From NCBI RefSeq assembly GCF_009914755.1, contig NC_060929.1: a stretch of DNA of 64,000 bases. One strand, 5' to 3'. This DNA comes from the human T2T-CHM13v2.0 reference genome, Homo sapiens. Position 1 is the stretch's first letter. The number at the start of each line of letters is the position of its first letter. This document shows positions 24,255 through 44,540 of the stretch, one piece after another. Both the position numbers and the translations under genes were made by a program. Under the pieces are notes generated by a model, which did no database searches, was not told the origin of the DNA, and saw nothing but the letters and a program-made list of their open reading frames with translations.

Positions 24255-25080
24255 TTCATGTGTCTTTTAAAGCTGATTGCCCATAAATTTACAGGAGTAG
24301 AATTTCTCAAAGGCTCTACATATTCATGAGTCTTTTGAAGCTGATTGCCAATATGACATCAGAAATGTTAAACCCCTTTTTGCCCATCAAGCAGAGTATA
24401 AGAATACTCAACAACCACTGGTCATGTATGTTTTAAACATTTTTACTGTGACTAAAGTTTTTAAATAACTCTTCTGAAAATATAAGGAAAAAATAAAACA
24501 AGAACACAGACTTCCCTGAAGAGCTAACAATTGTGCTCCAAGAGAAAGCCAACAGTTGTATTGCCTGCTCCCCAAGGGTTCCATTCACTAACCAGTGTAA
24601 TCCAGAGGGGTAGCAACAATCAGGAAGGAGAGTCTGTTTGTACAGGAGTTGACCTTGCCATTTTTTTTTATTAAATCCAATTCCAAAAACGTACAAATAC
24701 AAAAGAGAGGAAAGGGGAAATTTAAAAATAGCTTTGCCCCTACTCTGAGGTGTGAAATGAAAGAAGAGCTTGAAATTCCCTGCAGGTTTGTGGAAGCCAG
24801 TCCTGACCTGCTCAAGTAGGGAGGAAAAATAGAGGAATGCAGGTTTAAACTGACTACACTGGCATATCTTAATTATTGAAAATTACAAGAAAACTATGAG
24901 ATCTGCCTAAGATAAGAAAGGAAACCCAACAGATCATGATGAAAGAAAAAGATTGGGGGAAAAAACTACAATGTGTTGTGTTTGTGCCTTCTTGAGTTCA
25001 AGCAGTTTAAAGAACAATATGCAATCCTAATTGAAATGTATAACACAAAAGTTTTAGAAACATGTCTAAAAATTTTACTT

Positions 25081-25376
25081 GGCCAGGTGCTGTGGTTCAT
25101 AACTGTAATAGCAATACTTTTGGAGGTTGAGGCAGGAGGATCACTTAAGGCCAAGAGTTCCAGATCAGTCTGGGTAAAACAGCGAGACTGTGCCCCCACA
25201 AAAAAATTAAAAATAGCTGGGTGTGGTGGCACACACTTGTAGTCCTAGCTACTTAGGAGCTGAGGTAGGAGGACTGCTTGAGCCCAGGAGTTCAGGGCTG
25301 CAGTGAGCTATAATCATGCCACTGTACTCCAGCCTGGGTGGCAACAAGACCCTATCTCAAAAACAAACAAATAAAA
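25081..25376 (+). mobile_element. AluJ
   Basis: GGAGGATCACTTAAGGCCAAGAGTT and GGACTGCTTGAGCCCAGGAGTTC. TSD-like AAAATTTTACTT / AAAACTTTATT. Confidence 0.9.
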
Positions 25377-25499
25377 CTTTATTCAATTAATTTCTACCAT
25401 GAGAAAAGCATGTTGGATCAGATCTCCAAACCAAAAGGGTATTTTTAAAGCTGATTTTAATTAACATTCTTGTGGAATACTTTTTAAATTATAGAATAT

Positions 25500-25748
25500 T
25501 AATTTATTAATAATTTATTGAGCACCTACTATGCACCAGCTACTGTTCTAGATACTAGAGATTTCAAATAGACTATGAACAAACAAATAAATTTATAATG
25601 TCCATATAAGGTCAGTTTCTTACAAATGTTTATGAAGAAAAATCATAATGAAGTGTTAGAATGTATCAATGAAGCTAAGAGGGCTTTTGTAGACTGGGTG
25701 ATAAAAGAAATCTTCTCTGAGGAGTTAACATTTTAGCAGAAACTTTTA
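25500..25748 (-). mobile_element. L2 3' fragment
   Basis: AATTTATTGAGCACCTACTATGCACCAGCTACTGTTCTAGATACTAG...TCTTCTCTGAGGAGTTAACATTT. Confidence 0.7.
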
Positions 25749-25854
25749 AAATGTGATCAAGAGGAAGGTGGAGCAAGATGGCTGGATAGAAGCCTACACC
25801 GTTTGTTCCCCCTACCAACCAAGCCCCACAAGAACACCCAATTTTAACAACTAA

Positions 25855-26225
<371 letters not shown>

Positions 26226-26269
26226 CACAGTGCCTGGTTTTAATTTCATATAGCTGAGAGAGGCACTGA

Positions 26270-26623
<354 letters not shown>

Positions 26624-27351
26624 TCATCCATACCCTTCCCCCACAGTGGCCATGCAGCACAGAGAATCTGTGTACTGGGAGAGGGAGAACACAGCAACTG
26701 GGGAACTTTACATTGAATTCAGTGTGCCCTGTCACAGCAGAAAACAGAACTGGGTTGTACCCAGCTGACACTTGCCCACCAAGGGAGCATTTGGACAAGC
26801 TGCAGCCAGAGGGAAATCGCCCATCCCAATGGTCAGAGCCTGAAGTCCGGCAAGCTTTGCCACCCACATGGCGAAAGTGCTCTGGAACCCTAAGGGAACT
26901 TAAGGGGCAGTCTAGGCCATAAGGACTGCAACTCCTAGGCAGGTCCTAGTGCTGAGATCGGTTCAGAGCCAGTGGACTGGAGGGACACACAATCTACTGA
27001 GACACAAGCTGGTACAACTAAGGGAGTGCTTCCACCACCCCTCCCCCATCCCCTAGTAGCAGCCATGCAGCATGGAGAAATCTATAGGCTTGGGAGAGGG
27101 AAAGTACAGCAACTGTGAGACTTTACATTGAACTCAGTGCTGCCCTGTCACAGCAGAGACCAAAGCTGTGATGGGCTCAGCCAACACCCTTGCACGAAGA
27201 GAGCATTTGGATGAGACCTCGCTAGAGGAAAATTGCCCATCAAAGTAGTCAGAACTTGAGTTTCTCAGCAGGCCTCTCCACCACTGGCCAAAGTGCTCTA
27301 GGGTTCTAAGTAAACTTAAGAGGCAGTCTAGGACTGAAGGACTGCAATTTC

Positions 27352-27630
27352 TTTTTTGTTGTTGTTTTTTGGCTTGAGGTGGATTTTATTTACTCTGGTG
27401 TTTTTAGCTCTTTGCTACTTGCTTACATGTTATCTGAGGGTTGATGTTAATGGGGGCAGTTTTATAAGAATTAGTGGGAAAATAAGGTGTTTTAGAGCCT
27501 TGCAAAAGGAAAGCCAACTCCATAAAATGTTCTAGGATAGAATTTGTCACATTTCTCCCCTTACGATAATAATTAAATGCAATATAACATTCTTTATAAA
27601 AAAATAAGAGCAATATAATTGAAGGAAATC
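27352..27630 (-). other. Non-L1 polyadenylated ~280-bp insert of unknown origin (orphan transduction or retrocopy)
   Basis: Interrupts the L1 5'UTR motif AAGGACTGCAA..CT|AGGCAA.TCCTAG, which is intact at 26921-26950. The minus strand has AATAAA (27385-27390) 14 nt before an A-rich tail (27352-27370). Confidence 0.65.
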
Positions 27631-28006
27631 AGGCAACTCCTAGGGCTGGCCTGGGCTTAGAGACAGTGGATTGGAATGGCATGTGACCTAGGGAGACACC
27701 AGCCAAGGTGGCTAAGGGAATGCTTGCGCCATGCCTTCTCCAACTTCAGGCCATGCAGCTGGCAACAACAAAAGTGACGCCTTCCTCCTGCTTGAGGAGA
27801 GGAGTGAAAAGTATAACAGACTTCGCCTGACATCTTGGATACCAGCACAGCCATAGTAGGATATGGCATGGTACACAGTCATAAGGTCCCCATTCCATGC
27901 CCTAGCTCATTTCTTGACACTCCCTGGGCCAAAAGAAAATGTGCTGTCTTGAATGAAATGACCCAGTCCTGGCAGGACTCATTGCATGAAAATTAAAGAG
28001 TTCTTG

Positions 28007-28325
28007 GGCTGGGCGTGGTGGCTCGTGCCTGTAATCCCAGCGCATGGGAGGCTGAGGCAGGTGGATCATGAGGTTAGGAGTTTGAGACCAGCCTGACAAA
28101 CATGGTGAAAACCGTCTCTATTAAAAATACAAAAAAAAAAAAAAAAAAAAAATTAGTGGGGCTTGGTGGCACATGCCTGCAATCCCAGCTACTCCAGAGG
28201 CTGAGGCAGAAAAATCACTTGAACCCAGGAGGTGGGGGATGCAGTGAGCCAAGATCATGCCACTGCACTCCAGCCTGGGCGACAGAGCAAGACTCCATCT
28301 AAAACAAACAAACAAAAAAAACAAA
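28007..28325 (+). mobile_element. AluSg-like, nested in the L1MA2 5'UTR
   Basis: GGATCATGAGGTTAGGAGTTTGAGACC; full dimer. Confidence 0.9.
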
Positions 28326-29460
28326 CTCCTGGGCCCCAGATAACCAACAATGATACTCAGTTAATACAGCATGCAGCATGGGTCTTGCACTCTGAGACAT
28401 GCTGCCTTCAGGTGTGTCCCAGCATATTCCCACCTATGGTGGCTATAGTGAAATTTCCCTTTTTGAGAAAAGCAGAGGGAGAAGGAAAGAGGACTTTGTC
28501 TTACACCATAGGTACTAGCTCAGCCACACTGGGGTAAAGCAACAAGAAGACACTTGAGGTCCTCAAGTCCAAGCCTAGGCACTTGGAAATCAATTCTGGA
28601 TCTGCCCTGGACCAAAGGTAGGGGCAACTGCCCTAAAGAGTGAGACCTGGGCCTTGCAGTGTTCACCACAAGCTGACGGAAGAGCCCTTGGGCCTTAAGT
28701 GAACATCACTGGTGGCCAGGCAGAAGCCCTGTGTGAGCTGGTAGTGATGGTGGACACGGAGAGCGGTTTCTTTGCCAGTGAGTAGAGGGAAGAGCAAGAA
28801 GGAATTTGTCTTGTAGTTTGAATGCCAGCTTAGCCACAGTAGAATATAACATCAGGTAAATTGCTAACATTTTTTACTCCAATCCCTGGCTCCCAGATAG
28901 CATCTCTGGACCCACAGGGGCCATGGGGGAACTTGCCACTCTAAAGGAAGGAATTAAAATCTGGCTGGCTTCACCACATGCTGGTCATAGAGCCCTAAGG
29001 CCTTGAGTGAACATAGGTGGTAGCCATGTAGTGGTTACAGCAGGCCATGGATGACATCCAGTGCTGTACTGGCTTCAGGTCTAAATCAGCACAGTCCTGG
29101 TGGTTGTGGCCACAGGAATGCCTGAGTCTACCCACACCTAGTTCCAGGCAGCTCAGAACAGAGAGAGAGAGAGAGAAAGAAAGACACTCTGTTTTTTGGG
29201 GAGAAAGTAAAGGAAAAAAACAAGAGTATCTACCTGGTAATTCAGAGAACTCATCTAGATCTTATTCAAGACTACTAAGGCAGTATTTCTACAAGTTTCT
29301 AAGAACCACAGCATTATTGGATGGGCCAAGTTCCTTCAAATACCTGGAAAGCCTTCCTAAAAATGCAAGCCCAGATTGCAAAACGACAATAAATGCCTAA
29401 CTCTTTAATGATGCCCAGACACTGATGAACATCTACAAACATCAAGACCATCCAGGAAAA

Positions 29461-31565
29461 GGAGGGGCCAAGATGGCTGACTAGAAACAGCTATGGTCAG
29501 AGGTGCCTACCAAGAAGAATGAAAACAGTGAATGAATCCTGCAGCAACTAAGGTATCCAGGTTCTCTCACTGAGACTGACTTTGCAGTTGGCAAGACCCA
29601 TGGAGAGTGAGGAAAAGCAGGGCGGAGTAACAGCACACCCAGGAGCTGCACAGTGCAAGGGGAGCTCCCACTCCCAGCCAAGGGAGGTAGTGAGTGATTG
29701 TGCTACCCCACCTGGGAAACCACACTTTTTCCATGCATCCATGCAACCCACAAATCAGGAGATCCCCTTGTAAGCCCACAGAGCTGTGAAGATTCTCAGT
29801 GGCTGCTTAGCTGGAGACTGCCTAAGACTACCGAGTTCCTGGAGGGAAGGGCAGCCACTATCACTGCAGCTGCCTGCTGCCTGCTGCCTAAGATGACTGA
29901 GCTCCCAGAGGGAGGGATGGCTACTATCACTGAAGCTCCAGTCTACCATTCTCACCTGCTGGTAATGGGGAGACTGGGTGGTTTGGACCAAAGAGGAATT
30001 CCCCACAATGCAGCACAGCGGCTGTGGCAGATCATGGAGAGACTGTCTCTTTAGGCCAGACCCGTACTCATCGCTCCTCACCAGGTAGAGCCTCCCTGTG
30101 GGAATTTCAGCAACCCCATCCAGGGGTTTACAAAGAGAATGCTGATCTCCCTGGGATGGAGCCCCTGGGGGCAAGGGTGGCCACAGTCTCCATGGATCAG
30201 CGAACTTGGTCTTTTCCCTTCTTGACTCTGAGGAATCTGGGCAGTCCAGATGAATGGGATTCCCCCCAGCACAGCACACCCTTTCACAAAGAGGCAGCCA
30301 GAGTGCTTTGTTAAGCAGGTTCCTGATCCTGTGCCTCCCAGCTGGGTGAGACTCCCCAACAGGGGTCACCAAAAACATTATACAGGACTGTTCCTGCTGG
30401 CATCAGGTCAGTGCCCCTCTGGGATGAAACCACTGCTCAAGGAAATCAGAGAGGACAAAAAACAAATAAAAAAAATTCCATGCTCATGAATAAGAAGAAT
30501 CAATATCGTGAAAATGGTCATACTGCCCAGAGTAATTTATAGATTCAATGCTGTTCTCATTAAATACCATTGACATTCTTCACAAAATTAGAAAAAACTA
30601 CTTTTAAGTTCATATGGAACCAAAAGAGAGCCCGTATAGCCAAGACAATCCTAAGGAAAAAGGACAAAGCTGGAGACATCATGCTATCTGACTTCAAACT
30701 ATACTGCAAGGCTGTGGTAACTAAAACAGCATCATACTGGTATAAAAACAGACACATAGAACAATGGAACACCAATGGAACAGAGTAGAGAACTTAGAAA
30801 TCAGACCCCCCATCTACAACCATCTGACCTTCAACAAACCTGACAGAAACAGCAATGGGGAAAAGATTCCATATTTAACAAATGATGCTGGGAGAATGGC
30901 CATATGCAGAAAATTGAAACTGGACCCCTTTCTTACACCTTACCCAAAAAGTAACTCAAGATGAATTAAAGACTTAAATGTAAAACCTAAAACTATAAAA
31001 ACCCTAGAAGAAAATCTATGCAATACCATTCAGGACATAGACATGGGCAAAATTTCATGATGAAAAATGTCAAAAGCAATTGCAACAAATGCAAAAATTG
31101 ACATATGGGATCTAATTAAACTAAAGAGCTTCTGCACAGCAAAAGAAACTATCATCAGAGTGAACAACCTACAGAATGGGAGAAAATTTTTGCAATCTAT
31201 CCATCTGACAAAGGTCTAGTATCCAGAATCTACAAAGAACTTCAACAAACTTGTAAGAAGAAAACAAACAACCTCATTAAAAAGTGAACAAAGGACATGA
31301 TCAAACCCTTCTCAAAAGAAGACATTTAGGCAGCCAACAAACATATGAAAAAAAAGCTCAACATCACTGATCATTAGAGAAATGCAAATCAAAACCACAA
31401 TGAAATATCATCTCATGCCAGTCAGAATGGTGATTATAAAAAGTCAAGAAACAACAGGTGCTGACGAGGCTGTGGAGAAATAGGTATACTTTTACAATGT
31501 TGGTGGGAATGTAAATTAGTTCAATCATTGTGGAAGACAGTGTGACAATTCCTCAAAGACCTAGA
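29461..31565 (+). mobile_element. L1PA13-like element, internally deleted and 3'-truncated, nested at the start of L1MA2 ORF1
   Basis: 5'UTR GGGCCAAGATGGCTGACTAGAAACAGC runs to 30428, then jumps to late ORF2 (AAACCACTGCTCAAGG; ORF 30570-30788 [24 protein letters not shown]). Confidence 0.8.
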
Positions 31566-33552
31566 ATAGTATATCTGGTGAAAATATCCTTCAAGCATGA
31601 GGGAGAAACACAAACAAAAGCTGAGGAATTTTATCAACACTGGACCTGTCATACAAGAAATGCTAAAGGCAGTTCTTTAATCTGAAAGAAAATTACATTA
31701 ATTGGAAATAAGAAATCATCCAAAGGTATAAAACTCACTGGCACACAGAAAACACACAATATTATATCACTGTACGTGTGTTGTGTGAACCACATTTATT
31801 TTGAGTAGAAAGGCTAAACAATGAGCCAATCAAAAGTAATAACTACAACAACTTTTTATGACGAAGACAAAGACAGTAGAATAACACATAAAGAGAAACA
31901 ACAAAAAGTTAAAAAGCAGGGGGATGAAGTTAAAATGCAGAATTTTTATTGGTTTTCTTTTTGCTTGTTTGTTTGTTTATGCAATCAGCGTTGTCATCAG
32001 TTTTAAATAATGGGTTATAAGAGAGTAATTGCAAGCCTCACAGTAACCTCACATCAAAAACACAACAAATACAAAAAAAATTAAAAAGCAAGGAATTAAA
32101 TTATACCACCACATTCACTTTTACTAAAAAAAGACAGGAAGGAAGAAAAGACCATAAAACAACCAGAAAAAGAAATAACAAAATGGCAGGATAAGTCTTT
32201 GCTCATCAATAACAACATTGAATGCAAATGGGCTAACTTTTCAATTGAAAGGCACGAGGGGCTGAATGGATGAAAAAGCAAGACCCAATGTTCTATTGCC
32301 TACAAGTAAAACATATCACCTATAAAGATACACATAGACTGAAAATAAAGGAATGGAAAAAGGTATTCCATGGCAATGGAAACCAAAAAAGAGCAGGAGT
32401 AGCTCTTCTTATACCAGACAAAACAGATTTCAAGACAATAATTGTAAGATACAAAGAAGATCATTATATAATGATAAAAAGGTCAATTCAGCAAGAGGAT
32501 ATAACAACTGTAAACATATATACACCTAATGTTGGAGAACTCAGATACATAAAGCAAATATTATTAGAGCTAAAGAGAGATATAGACCTAAACTAATAAT
32601 AGCTAGAGACTTCAACACCTCCCTTTCAGCATTGGGAAGACCTTTCAGACTGAAAATCAACAAGGAAAAATCGAATTCCATCTGCATTATAGAACAAATG
32701 GCTCTAACAGATATTTACAGAACATTTAAGACAATGGTTACAGAATACATATTCTTTTCCTTTGCACATAGATCATTCTCAAGGATAGATCACATGTTAG
32801 GTCACAAAACAAGTCTTAAAACATTCAAAACAATTCAAATAATATCAGGCATTTTTCCTGACCACAATGGAATAAAACCAGAAATCAATACAAGAGGAAT
32901 TTTGCAAACTATGCAAACACATGGAAATTAAACAACGTGCTTCTAAGTGACCAGTGGGTCAATGAAGAAATTAACAAGGAAATTGAAAAAATTTCTTGAA
33001 ACAAATTATAATGGAAACGTAACATACCAAAACCTATGGGATACAGCAAAACCAGTGCTAAGAGGGAAGTTTATAGCTATAAGTGCCTACATCAAAAAAG
33101 AAAAACTATAAATAAATACTTAATGATACATCTTAAAGGACTAGAAAAGTAAGAACCAATGAAACCCAAAATTAATAGAAGAAAATAAAGATTAGAGCAA
33201 AACTCAATGACTTTGAAAGGAAGAAAACAATTTAAAAGACCAACAAAAGAAAAAGTTGTTTTTTTAAAGATAAACAAAACTAACAAACCTTTAGCCAGAC
33301 TAAGAAAAAAATATAATAAAAGATGCAAAAGGAGACATTAAAACTGATACCACAGAAATTCAAAAGGTCATTAGTAGCTACTGTGAGCAACGGTATGGCA
33401 ACTGTATGAACTAATTTACAAATTAGAAAATCTAGAGGAACTAGATAAATTCCTAGACACATACAACCTATAAAGGTTGAACCGTGAAGAATCCAAAACC
33501 TGAACAGACCAATAACAAGTAACAAGATCAACACTGTAATAAAATGTCTCCC

Positions 33553-40061
<6,509 letters not shown>

Positions 40062-42621
40062 AAAGTTCTCCTAGCTAAGAAAAGCCCAGGTCCTGATGGC
40101 TTCAATGCTGAATTCTACCAAACATTTACAGTAGAAATAATACCAATTCTACTCAAACTTTTCCGAAAAGTATAGAAGGAGGGGATACTTCCAAATGCAT
40201 TCTACAAGCCCAGTATTACCCTGATACCAAAATCAGACCATATCAAGAAAAGAAAACTATAGGCCAATATCTCTCATGAGCATTGAAGCAAAACTTCTCA
40301 GCAAAATACTGGCAAACTGAATTAAACAATTCATTAAAAAGATAATTTATCATGACCAAGGGGACTTATCCCAGAAATGCAAGGTTGGTTCAATTTACAT
40401 GAATCAATAAATGTGGTACATCATATCAACAGAATGAAGGACAAAAAACCATATGATCATATCAATTGATGCTAAAAAAATTTGATAAAATTTGACATCC
40501 TTTCATGATAGAAACTCTCAAAAAACTGCATATAGAAGGAACATACTTCAACATAATAAAAAGATATATATGAAAAACATACAGCTAGTATCATACTGAA
40601 TAAAAGAAAACTGAATGCCCTTCCTCTGAGATGTGGAACAGAATAAAGATGCTAATTTTCACCACTGTTACTCAATATAGCACTGGAAGTCCTAGGTTTA
40701 GCAGGCAAACAACAGAAAGAAATAAAGAGCATCCAAATTAGAAAGAAATCAAATTATCCTTCTTTGCAGAACATAGGATCTTATATTTGGAAAAATCTAA
40801 AGACTCTACCCAAAAAAAAACTATTAGAACTGATAAACAAATTCAATAAAGTGGCAGAGTACAAAATCAACATACAAAAATTAGTAGCATCTCTGTATGC
40901 CAACACTGAATAATCTGAAAAAGAAATCAAAAAAGGAATCCCACTTACAATATCCACAAATGAAATAAAATGTCAGGAATTAACTTAATCAACAAAATAA
41001 AAGATTTCTTCAATGAATGCTGTAAAACACTGATGAAAGAAATTGAAGGACACACACGCACACACAAAACAGAAAGATATTTCATGTTCATGGATTGGAA
41101 GAATCAATACTATTAAAATTTCCATACTGCCCAAAGCAGTCTACAGATTCAATTCAATCCCTGTCAAAATACCAATGACATTCACAGAAATAGAAAAAAC
41201 TATCCTAAAACTTAAATGGAACCACAAAAGTCCTGGAATAGCCAAAGCTATCTTGAGCAGAAAGAACAAAACTGAAGAAATCACTTTACTTGACTTCAAA
41301 TAATACTATTTAGCTATAGTAATTAAAACAGCATGGAAATTGCATAAAAACAGACACATAGACTAATGGAATGGAATAGAGAACCCACAAACAAGTCCAA
41401 ACACTTTCACTGAACTCATTTTTTATAAAGGTGTCAAGAACATATATTGGGGAAACAACAGTCTCTTCAATACATGGTGCTAGGAAAATTTAATATCCAT
41501 ATGCAGAAGAATGAAATTGGACCTCTATCTCTTGTCACATACAAAAATAAAATCAAAATGGATTAAAGACTTAACTTGAAGACATTAATCTAAAGACTTA
41601 AATCTAAGACCTTCTTAAACTATGAAACTACTACAAGAAAACATTGGAAAAACTCGCCAAGATATTGGTCAAAAATTTCTTGAGTAACACCCCACAAACG
41701 ACTGGCAACCAAAGCAAAAATAAACAAATGAGATCATATTAAGTTAAAATACTTCTGCACAGCAAAGGATACAATCAACTGAGTGAAGAGATAACCCACA
41801 GAATAGGATAAAATATTTGCAAACTATGCATCTGCAAGAGAATAATAACCAGAATATATAAGAAACTCAAATGACTTTGTAGGAAAAATATCTAATAATC
41901 TAATTTTTAAATGGGCAAAAGATTTGAATCTCAAAAGAAGACATACCAATGGAAAATGAGCATATGAAAAGATGCTCAACATCATTGATTATCAGATAAA
42001 TGCAAATCAAAACTGCAATGAGATATCTTCTCACCCCAGTTAAAATGCCTTTTATCCAAACATGGGCAATAACTAATGCTGGAGAGGGTGTGGAGAAAAG
42101 GGAAACCTTGTGTACTGTTGGTTAGAATATAAATGAGTAAAACCAATTTGGAGGGGAGTTTGGAGATTCCTCAAAAAGACAAAAATAGACATACCATCCA
42201 ATCTAGCAATGCCACTGCTGAGTATACACCCAAAAGAAAGAAAATCAGTATATCTAAGAGATATTTGCACTCCCATGTTTGCTGCAGCACTGTTCAAAAT
42301 TGCCAGGATTTGGAAACAACAAAAGTGTTCATCAACCAATGATTGGATAAAGAAAATGTGGTACATATACACAAGCGAGTACTATGCAGCCATACAAAAG
42401 AATGAGATCTTGTCATATGCAACGACATGAATGGAACTGGAGGTCATTATGTTAAGTAAAGTAAGTCAAGCACAGAAAGACAAACTGTGCATGTTCTCAC
42501 TTATTTGTGCAAACTAAAAATCAGAACAATTAAACTTATGGAGACAGAGAATAGAAGGATGGTTACCAAAGGCTGGCAGGGGTAGTGGGAAAAAGCTGGG
42601 GAGAAGTGGAAATGGTTAGTG

Positions 42622-42968
42622 GATACAAAAAAAACAGAAAGACTAAATAAGAGCTAGTATTTCATAGCACAACAGATTGACTACAGTCAATAATAATTTA
42701 ATTGCACATTTTTAAATAACTAAAAGAGTATAATTGATACCAAAAAATAGTTAGAGATAATGAATAAGACCTATTATTTCATAGCACAACAGAGTGATCA
42801 TACTGAGTAATAATTCAATTGTGCATTTTAAAATAACTAAAAGCATATAATTGATACAAAAAAGTTAGGAAGATGAATAAGACCTAGGATTTCATAGCAC
42901 AACAGAGTGACTATAGTCAATAATAATTTAATTAGACATTTTAAAATAACTAAAAGAGATAATTTGAT
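42622..42968 (+). repeat. Three tandem copies of a ~115-bp unit in the L1MA2 3'UTR
   Basis: GATAC(A)n...AATAAGACCTA.TATTTCATAGCACAACAG...AAATAACTAAAAG..TATAATT occurs three times, diverged. Confidence 0.9.
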
Positions 42969-43695
42969 TGTTTGTAACAAAAAGGATAAATGCTTGAGGG
43001 GATGAATATTTTCTATGATGTGATTATTACACATTGAATGCCTGTATCAAAACATCTCATGTCCCATATAAATATATACTATTACGTACCCACACAAAGT
43101 AAACATTGATTTTTTTAAATGTGAACAAATTTGATAGGAATAAAAAAGAATACTCAATGTCATGGCCACTAGGTCAACTGAAAATATTCTATAGGTAGAT
43201 TTGGCTCTGTTAATTGGTATGTCTGATTAATTTTAAACCAAAACTTATGTTGAAAGAATACAAAATCCCTCTGCATTTATAAATATCGATATCTTGTGAT
43301 TCATCTTGTGCATGGGTCAATATAGGTAAGCTATACACAGTACGACAGTACATCTGCTTTCCTTTGGTCTTTCCTGGGCTATCTGGGAAGGCAAATAGGT
43401 GGGAAGGTTAAATTGATTTGTAAAAGGTAAGATTGATAGAGAAAATATTGAAATTGTACTTATTTAACTAATATTTATTGAATACCTACTATGTGTCAGA
43501 GTATGATTCAGCATTAGTTCACCAAAACATTTGGGGTTCCTCCTGGCACTTTTTTTTTTTAGCTCTTGGCATAGTACCTTGTATGATGTAGATCTCCAAT
43601 TAGAATTGAATGAATTAATGAAGGAGATAAAACAGTGGGGTTCTTAATGCCTTCCATAGAGAAAAATCAACAGAGATAGCACTGCTTCTTAAAGA

Positions 43696-44250
43696 TGATG
43701 GGGTTCAGGAGGGTCTACCCCAAAATGTGGCACCTTGGCATTTGAAAACACATCAGAAGCCAAAAAGTCATTTTTACCTTCCCCGAGCCATTCTTTCCTG
43801 AAGCAAGTGATAAAACCTAAAAAGGATTTTCTGAATTTCTTCAGAAGCAGGTCACAAGACACTTATTGAAGAGTTACCCTACCTATGCCTGGAGGAAAGA
43901 AACATTCTTACCTCTGAAGACACAGAGTCACAGAGACAAATCTGAATAAACAAGTCTTGCTAAGTACCCCCCAGTTTATTGCCATTTTAATCATACTTTT
44001 TTACCCAATTATACTGTTCCACAACTGTCGATTTCTTCATGAAACCTACCACAAAACAATACATTGGCTTAAAAAATACACTGGTTTATCCATTTCTTTG
44101 AGTCTTCATTTCCTTATGAAGCCTCCTGTGTCATGTAAAGCGTATTAAATACACATGTATACTTTTCTCTTATTAATCTGTCATTTGTTATCAGGACTGC
44201 CACAATGAACCTAGCAATGAGTGAAGGAAAATATTTTATCTTCCCCTGTG
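43696..44250 (+). mobile_element. ERV1 solo LTR (MER39/MER34 family)
   Basis: TGATGGGGTTCAGGA...TACCCCAAAATGTGGCACCTTGGCATTTG...GAATAAACAAGTCTTGCTAAG...TTAATCTGTC..TTGTTA...CTTCCCCTG. Confidence 0.75.
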
Positions 44251-44540
44251 AGGATAATATCATTTATCAAACTCAAGTTTTTATTTAAATTTTGAAAGTA
44301 TATTATATGTAAAATATACTAGAGCCTGTATATTATCTAATCTCTATTTTACTTAACGATTTAGATTTTGTTCTGAAATCCGCTATTCTATTAATGATAA
44401 CATTATATGGGAATAAATAGAATTTAACATGCCTAGGATAAGTTAAAGATGTGATGACAGACATTGATTATAAGTGGTGTTTAAAAAACATTATGGGCTC
44501 ATGACATGTTTGAATCCACATAGTAAGAAAGATCTACTAC

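Larger units (their letters stand above)
23730..24460 (-). mobile_element. Old L1ME-like 3' fragments
   Basis: TTTGCTATTAAAAAC...GAGGTAGAATTTCTCAGTCAAA...GATTGCCAA...CAAGCAGAGTATAAGA resembles the L1M 3' end on the minus strand. Confidence 0.45.

Noticed and set aside
29755-30378. Longest ORF (207 aa, minus strand) as a novel gene or ORF0-like product
   Set aside because: It lies antisense in a GC-richer L1 5'UTR and has no recognisable domain, so chance explains it.
42622-42968. Repeat arrays here and at 56010-56080 as CRISPR-like
   Set aside because: Primate DNA, no unique spacers and no cas genes; the units are L1-derived.
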